Of a DNA stretch of 64,000 bases, positions 58,594 through 64,000 are shown in pieces. The stretch is from a virus (Duplodnaviria > Heunggongvirae > Uroviricota > Caudoviricetes): positions 73,787 through 137,786 of IMG/VR virus record IMGVR_UViG_3300015214_000024; one strand, written 5' to 3'. Below the pieces are notes generated by a model. It made no database searches. It was not told where the DNA came from and was given only the letters and a program-made list of their open reading frames with translations. Numbering within the stretch: position 1 is the stretch's first letter; every line of letters starts with the position of its first letter. The position numbers and the translations under genes were made by a program.

Positions 58594-59240
58594 TATATTT
58601 CAATATTTCTTACAGCTTGACTTAAATCGTCAAGTGTTCCGTTGTTATCCAATACTATGTCATAATCGTGACCAATCCAAGCATATTCGCTTGAATGTGG
58701 TAGTTCTTTATTCAATAGCATTGATTGGAATTTAACCATATCGACATCATTGTGTTGTTTTTTATTAATTCGATTTAGTAAAGGATACCAAGTGGGATAT
58801 TCTCCACGATGAACGTGAATTACTTTTCCACCATTGCGCCTTATTGCATTGATTTCATTTGGGAAACGGCAATCTGTGATAACAGTATTTGGCTTACCAG
58901 CAGTTTGCCATCGTTTAATTACTGTAGATACCCAAAAGTCTTGAGCAAATGTTTCTCTGATGGCTTCAGTACCAAGCAACTGTAAAGCAAGCCTTGGTGT
59001 AAATTTTGGATTATCAGTTTCCTTTGACCAATAAGGGTCTGGAATCTCCCTCCATTGTCTTGATTCTGTAGTAGTGCCGTCAAGCATTTGACGATCCCAA
59101 CCAAATAATACTGATGCTGCGTCTTTTAAAGTTCGGGCAAAGCTATCCTTTATAAAACCGCGGTCTATGAGCATATCGGCTACAGTATCTTTACCTGAAC
59201 CCATAAACCCAACAACTCCGATTAAAATACCTGATGTCAT
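58593..59240 (-). CDS. Deoxynucleoside monophosphate kinase (T4 gp1-like)
   Basis: GFMGSGKDT, SFARTLKDA, PRLALQLLGTE, ITDCRFPNE; start reassigned to 59240. Confidence 0.92.
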   Translation of the reverse strand: MTSGILIGVVGFMGSGKDTVADMLIDRGFIKDSFARTLKDAASVLFGWDRQMLDGTTTESRQWREIPDPYWSKETDNPKFTPRLALQLLGTEAIRETFAQDFWVSTVIKRWQTAGKPNTVITDCRFPNEINAIRRNGGKVIHVHRGEYPTWYPLLNRINKKQHNDVDMVKFQSMLLNKELPHSSEYAWIGHDYDIVLDNNGTLDDLSQAVRNIEI

Positions 59241-59241
59241 A

Positions 59242-59751
59242 TTATGAGTCCTTTTGAAATAATGGAATTGATTTAAGCAGATCTTCATCAACGATGGAGA
59301 TCATATCAAACAATGTGTAAGCTTCAGTACCACTATGAGCAAATGACCGCTCTTTGATGATATTGTCTAATATTGAGCTTACAGTGTCTTGTGAATTATC
59401 ACGAGTTAAAATGGTTATGTTGATGAAAGTATCTGCTAAGTCTTCAGATGGAAAAATTGAGTTCAAGTTTGATAAAGCTGATTCGGGCATAAAATCTTGT
59501 GTTAAAAAATATTCTTGTATATTTTCTTGATTTTGGCAAAATATAATTCTGTTATTATTAGTATCGCCATATTTTTCACCACGATAGTTAAAAAGTCCGT
59601 TATGTATCCAAGGAACTTTGGTGGCATACCAATCTTTGCCACCATCACCACTTGTGGTCAGCACTAGCCAAATTGTCGATCCTTCATATAAATCTAAATC
59701 GTGATTTGTCGTGATGGCGTGCTCAGAAATAAATTCATATAAGCTCATCAA
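59242..59751 (-). CDS. Hypothetical protein
   Basis: 169-aa ORF; N-terminus MSLYEFISE. Confidence 0.65.
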   Translation of the reverse strand: MMSLYEFISEHAITTNHDLDLYEGSTIWLVLTTSGDGGKDWYATKVPWIHNGLFNYRGEKYGDTNNNRIIFCQNQENIQEYFLTQDFMPESALSNLNSIFPSEDLADTFINITILTRDNSQDTVSSILDNIIKERSFAHSGTEAYTLFDMISIVDEDLLKSIPLFQKDS

Positions 59752-59849
59752 AATGTTCTCCCATTTAATATAATTTATTGCAATTGTTATCAGAAGTCAA
59801 AATATATCATTCGATAAATATCATTGATATTACATAGGAAACTTAATCA

Positions 59850-60590
59850 ATGGTTACTACTGCTAAACAGGATTTGTATAATCGTATTTTGATTAGACTT
59901 GGTGCTAGTGGAGTTAATGTGGAATTAACACCGGCTGCATTAGAGGAATCAGTTCGTTCTGCTTTGGCAAGATATCGCCAACGAAGTGAGAATTCGGTCG
60001 AAGAAGGTTACTTATTTTTAGAACTTCAAGATGGTAAACAGGATTATGTGTTGCCTAATGATGTTGTTGAAGTTAGAGATTTGTATCGTAGAGGTTTAGG
60101 GTTGACTCAGGGTGGTACATCATTTGACCCATTCTCAGCTAGTTTCACCAATCTATACTTATCTGAAGCTGCCCGCCAAGGCGGTGTATCGACATATGAA
60201 TATTTTACACAATGGCAAGAAACTCTAGGTACATTATTTGGTGAGCATATTATGTACACTTGGCAACCAGCGACGAAACAATTAAAATTGATCAGGAAGA
60301 TCAAAGCACCTGAAACACTTTTGATATGGGCTTACTTTCAACGATCTGATGATGATTTGATTAGCGAGGTTTATACCCAGGATTGGATCCTGAGATATTC
60401 GTGTGCAATGGCAAAAATGATCTTAGGTGAAATTCGTGGAAAATTTACCACTATTGTTGGTCCGCAAGGCGGCACAACATTAAATGGTGACAAATTAAAA
60501 GATGAAGCAAAAGCAGAAATGGAATTATTGGAGCAAGAACTTAACGATTTTGCGGATGGTCAAACACCAACCGGATTTATTATTGGTTAA
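59850..60590 (+). CDS. Neck protein (gp13-like)
   Basis: RLGA..VNVELT, AMAKMILGEIRGKF, TLNG..L..EA..EME.LE.EL. Confidence 0.88.
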   Translation: MVTTAKQDLYNRILIRLGASGVNVELTPAALEESVRSALARYRQRSENSVEEGYLFLELQDGKQDYVLPNDVVEVRDLYRRGLGLTQGGTSFDPFSASFTNLYLSEAARQGGVSTYEYFTQWQETLGTLFGEHIMYTWQPATKQLKLIRKIKAPETLLIWAYFQRSDDDLISEVYTQDWILRYSCAMAKMILGEIRGKFTTIVGPQGGTTLNGDKLKDEAKAEMELLEQELNDFADGQTPTGFIIG

Positions 60591-60592
60591 TT

Positions 60593-61012
60593 ATGAAAAA
60601 AGTATTTTATTTGAAAAAGACTGGGCGCGTTCTTGACAAAATCAATGCTGATCCATCATTTTATCTTGGTAAAGAATATATTTTTGATGGGCTTTATACT
60701 ATAAAATTGATTTCTATTAGTAGAGATGCATATGTGGTTAGTTTGGAAGTTGATGACGTTACTCAAATATCAAGAATAACATTTGTAGATTTTATGAATC
60801 ATCTTAGAAAAGGTACGATGGTAGAAAAGACTGTTCTTGAAGCGCAAAACTTTAATAATTATGATGAATATTATCAATTAGCCTCATCATTTTTATTGAT
60901 TAATTATGGTATATTAATAGATAATATAGTATTTGATTGGCAATCAGAATTCCTTAAAGAAACACCGATCGAAATAGCCTGTAAAATAGCATTAGGAATT
61001 ATTAAAAAATGA
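60593..61012 (+). CDS. Hypothetical protein inserted in the neck operon
   Basis: 139-aa ORF with 4-nt overlap to the next gene. Confidence 0.6.
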   Translation: MKKVFYLKKTGRVLDKINADPSFYLGKEYIFDGLYTIKLISISRDAYVVSLEVDDVTQISRITFVDFMNHLRKGTMVEKTVLEAQNFNNYDEYYQLASSFLLINYGILIDNIVFDWQSEFLKETPIEIACKIALGIIKK

Positions 61013-62079
61013 ACGGTTTTACACTTTGGAGTAACAATAAAAGTCAAGATTACAAATATTTTGACAGCATCATCGGTGAGCAAATTAATATAGGCGGAAC
61101 TGAATTTCTTGTTCACAAGTATAAAGGTACTTACAATCAAGGTTCTGATGATAAGACCCAGCCAGATTATGATTTTATGAATGAGCTTCAAATACAAGAT
61201 TTGTTGTTACTGGAAAATCGTGACAGATGCTATGACGAGAATATCTATACCATTAAAGGGATTATGCAAGTAGATCAAAATGATTTTGACTTGACGCAAT
61301 GGGGCTTGATGGGATCAGCTGATACTATATTTGTGGAATTTCATATATCAACAATGTTACAGATAGTTGGTCGTAGAATTATGTCTGGTGATGTGATCGA
61401 GGCTCCTTTTTTGCGTGACGATTTTATGATTTCAGAAGATGACATCCAAGATCTTGGTAAACCAATACCAAAACTTTATAAAGTTGAAGATGCCAGCAGA
61501 GCTAAAGATGGATACGACCCAACGTGGCGTCCACACTTGTGGCGAGTAAAGATGTCACCAATAACTGATTCCCAAGAATTTAGAGATATTTTAGGCGATG
61601 GCGATCAGGAAGATGATTTGAAAAATCTAATCAGCACTCACAATATTACTATGCAGATTAGTAATGCAATTCAAGCAGAAGCCGAATCACAAGTACCAAA
61701 CAGAAATCTAGAACACGCCCATTTATATGTAAATGGTGAGAATGAAAATGGAATACCATACTTGTTGATGGCAGACGGCATTCCGCCAAATGGTGCAGAA
61801 TTGGTTGGTCGTGGTGACCAATTTCCTGCTAATGTTATGGATGGTTCTTGGTTTTTAAGAACTGATTATGAGCCTCACGTACTTTTCAAGAAAGAAGGAA
61901 CAAAATGGGTGCGTAAAGAAGTTGACTACAGACACAAATTTATGGTTGCGAATCGAGTCCTTGAACGATTTATTAACAATAATAATAAAGTTCAAACTGC
62001 TGATGGTTTGAAGGATAGCAAGCAGGCAATTTCAAAAGTTCTTGCACCACGAATTAAGCCGGAGATAGATAACGAATAA
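61009..62079 (+). CDS. Neck / head completion protein (gp14-like)
   Basis: IQDLLLLENRDR.YD, RRIMSGDVIE.P, PTWRPHLWRVK. Confidence 0.8.
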   Translation: MNGFTLWSNNKSQDYKYFDSIIGEQINIGGTEFLVHKYKGTYNQGSDDKTQPDYDFMNELQIQDLLLLENRDRCYDENIYTIKGIMQVDQNDFDLTQWGLMGSADTIFVEFHISTMLQIVGRRIMSGDVIEAPFLRDDFMISEDDIQDLGKPIPKLYKVEDASRAKDGYDPTWRPHLWRVKMSPITDSQEFRDILGDGDQEDDLKNLISTHNITMQISNAIQAEAESQVPNRNLEHAHLYVNGENENGIPYLLMADGIPPNGAELVGRGDQFPANVMDGSWFLRTDYEPHVLFKKEGTKWVRKEVDYRHKFMVANRVLERFINNNNKVQTADGLKDSKQAISKVLAPRIKPEIDNE

Positions 62080-63527
62080 TGGAATATTTTTACGACGAGC
62101 AACTAAGAAAATATTTAGTACAATTTTCTAGACTTTTTGCTGGATTTATTACAAAAACCGGTAAAGGCCGTGATGGTTCAATCCAAAATCGTCAGGTACC
62201 AATTCATTATGGCGATATAACAAGAATGGTTGCCCATATCATTAAGAAGCAATCAGAAAATTCTATTTTATCAACTCCAGTTATGTCCTTTTATGTTACT
62301 AATTTAAATCCATCACCAGAACGCCGACAGAATCCAGTACATATTGATAGAAGTTTAATTAATGAGCGAAAATTTAATAATACGACCAATCAGTATGAAA
62401 ACACTATTGGTGATAGATTTACCGTTGAGCGATTGATGCCAGTACCATACGATCTGTCTATGCAGCTTGACATTTATACATCTAATGCTAATGAGAAATT
62501 TCAAATTATTGAACAAATTTTGATGTTATTTAATCCATCAGTTGATTTACAAACATCATCCAGTCCATTAGATTGGACTGCATTGACATATGTTGAACTG
62601 TTGGATGACATTGTTTGGGATAGTCGACAAATACCAGTCGGTGATACTGAAACCATCAGCGTCGCGAGCTTGAAATTTAAAATGCCGATATGGATCAGCC
62701 CACCAGCTAATGTGACACGAAGAAAAGCTGTCGAAACTATTATTACAAACTTACACGCTGTGAATGAATTGCCAGACTATGATATTTTAGAAACTGTATC
62801 AGAAAATGATCTAGCTACTACATTTATCATAACTCCATATGATTATAGAATTGAAATTAAAAATTTCAAAATACGTTTAACTGAAAATTTAGATGGAGTG
62901 TATTATGATTGGTCAAAATTAGAGAATGCATATACTGATGAGATATCTGATAACTCTATATTAACTATTAAACACCGTTTTGGTGATTCGACTGGGATAA
63001 CTGGTAAAATTGAAAAAACATCTGACCCTAAAGTTTTAAATTGGGTAGTTGATCCTGCAGATTTGTATGATAATACCATACCAAATGTTGATTTAATCAT
63101 TGACCCTTCGGAAAACTATCCAGGAGATGGTAAAATGCCTGATTTGGCAACTGGGCAACGATATTTGTTGGCTGCTGATATGCCAGTTAATTCTCCTGGT
63201 TGGGCTTTACCATTGGCTGACCGCTTTAATACAACGTGGGGTCAAATCGAAGAAGATGATTTGTATTTGACTGAAGGTACTGATACTGATCCATTAAATG
63301 AACCAAGATGGAGGATCGTACCTGATGCCAAAGCTAATGATATTATTGAATATAATGGTACTGAATGGGTGATAGTTTTTTCTTCAACATCGCAAAATCC
63401 AGAATTTGTTACCAGTAGTCTATCTAATACCCAATATCGTTGGTCGCCGGAGATATCAGAATGGCAGCCAACAATAGATAAAGTTTATTATCCAGGCACT
63501 TGGCAAATCAATTTTCGTGGGCAATAA
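62079..63527 (+). CDS. Tail terminator / sheath stabiliser (gp15-like)
   Basis: YFYDEQLRKY, VPIHYGD, PVPYDL, QIIEQILMLFNP. Confidence 0.88.
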   Translation: MEYFYDEQLRKYLVQFSRLFAGFITKTGKGRDGSIQNRQVPIHYGDITRMVAHIIKKQSENSILSTPVMSFYVTNLNPSPERRQNPVHIDRSLINERKFNNTTNQYENTIGDRFTVERLMPVPYDLSMQLDIYTSNANEKFQIIEQILMLFNPSVDLQTSSSPLDWTALTYVELLDDIVWDSRQIPVGDTETISVASLKFKMPIWISPPANVTRRKAVETIITNLHAVNELPDYDILETVSENDLATTFIITPYDYRIEIKNFKIRLTENLDGVYYDWSKLENAYTDEISDNSILTIKHRFGDSTGITGKIEKTSDPKVLNWVVDPADLYDNTIPNVDLIIDPSENYPGDGKMPDLATGQRYLLAADMPVNSPGWALPLADRFNTTWGQIEEDDLYLTEGTDTDPLNEPRWRIVPDAKANDIIEYNGTEWVIVFSSTSQNPEFVTSSLSNTQYRWSPEISEWQPTIDKVYYPGTWQINFRGQ

Positions 63528-63632
63528 TCTACTAAGATAACCTGACGAAAACCAGCTGATTTGTGAGTTAAAGAATAAATACACAAGTAAAGTTTCAGAA
63601 GATTTATCTTCAAACATTTAGAGGAAAAAAGT

Positions 63633-64000
63633 ATGGTCACACCATTAATCTCTCCAGGCGTGTCACTTTCCATCGTTGATGATAGTGCATACAGCACTGG
63701 CGGTTCTGGCACCATTCCGCTTTTTGTCGTTGCTACTGCCTCCAATAAGGTAGTTTCACTCGATGGAAACGCTGGAACAGTTGCTCCAGGTACTGCTACA
63801 TCTTCAGTATTGACACCAGTCGCTTCTCAGCGCGAATTAATCCAACAATTTGGTAATCCAATTTTCAAATCAAACCAAGGCACACCAATACACGGTAGTG
63901 AATTGAATGAATACGGCCTCAGCGCTGCATATCAATCATTAGCAATTTTAAGCTCTGCTTATATCCTTCGTGCTGATATTGCACTTGAACAGCTTGAGCC
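63633..64000 (+). CDS. 18: Tail sheath protein (gp18-like), partial
   Basis: Read manually; open to the window end: MVTPLISPGVSLSIVDDS...SQRELIQQFGNP...ELNEYGL.AAY. Confidence 0.9.
   Translation, partial: MVTPLISPGVSLSIVDDSAYSTGGSGTIPLFVVATASNKVVSLDGNAGTVAPGTATSSVLTPVASQRELIQQFGNPIFKSNQGTPIHGSELNEYGLSAAYQSLAILSSAYILRADIALEQLE

Larger units (their letters stand above)
11574..63581. promoter_or_regulatory. Recurrent ATAAATA late-promoter-like motif upstream of structural genes (dispersed sites)
   Basis: Minus strand: 11574, 24251, 28133, 48074. Plus strand: 36267, 36364, 48041 (TATAAATA at 48040), 50935, 54726, 56063, 59814, 63575. All in short intergenic gaps; T4 late consensus is TATAAATA. 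Confidence 0.7.

Noticed and set aside
1-64000. tRNA, rRNA, transposase, integrase or intein in core genes
   Set aside because: None recognised by eye; a tRNAscan/Rfam/InBase search would be needed to exclude them fully.

Overview
This window is part of an AT-rich jumbo myophage genome of the T4 superfamily, with RAK2/GAP32/Atu_ph07-like gene order; the exact phage and host cannot be determined from sequence alone. (1) 1-10.9 kb: a + strand array of about 25 small, mostly overlapping accessory genes. It contains a family sharing an invariant C-terminal Y-x-G-(13 aa)-stop tag, DUF4116-like repeat proteins, clustered CCTATATAGG palindromes and a local A/T-skew switch (possible origin). (2) 11-28 kb, - strand: baseplate genes (4220-aa giant, gp6-like, gp25-like). 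(3) 28-36 kb, - strand: MazG-like NTP pyrophosphohydrolase, a nuclease plus DNA methyltransferase pair, gp46/gp47, an aGPT-Pplase/HMUDK-helical-like gene and the late sigma factor gp55. (4) 36-48 kb: baseplate hub and gp5 spike, DHFR, ThyA, a resolvase, and a gp26-like chaperone with a likely -1 frameshift. (5) 48-64 kb: tape measure, portal, prohead core, protease, scaffold, major capsid (MCP), dNMP kinase, neck gp13/14/15 and the start of the tail sheath. Top novel observation: three minigenes between gp55 and gp47 share an N-terminal K-x-x-NW-x-x-x-x-FG leader, and each carries a different conserved fragment of a gp23-type MCP. One fragment is the Gol region. No tRNA, rRNA, CRISPR array or intron was recognised.
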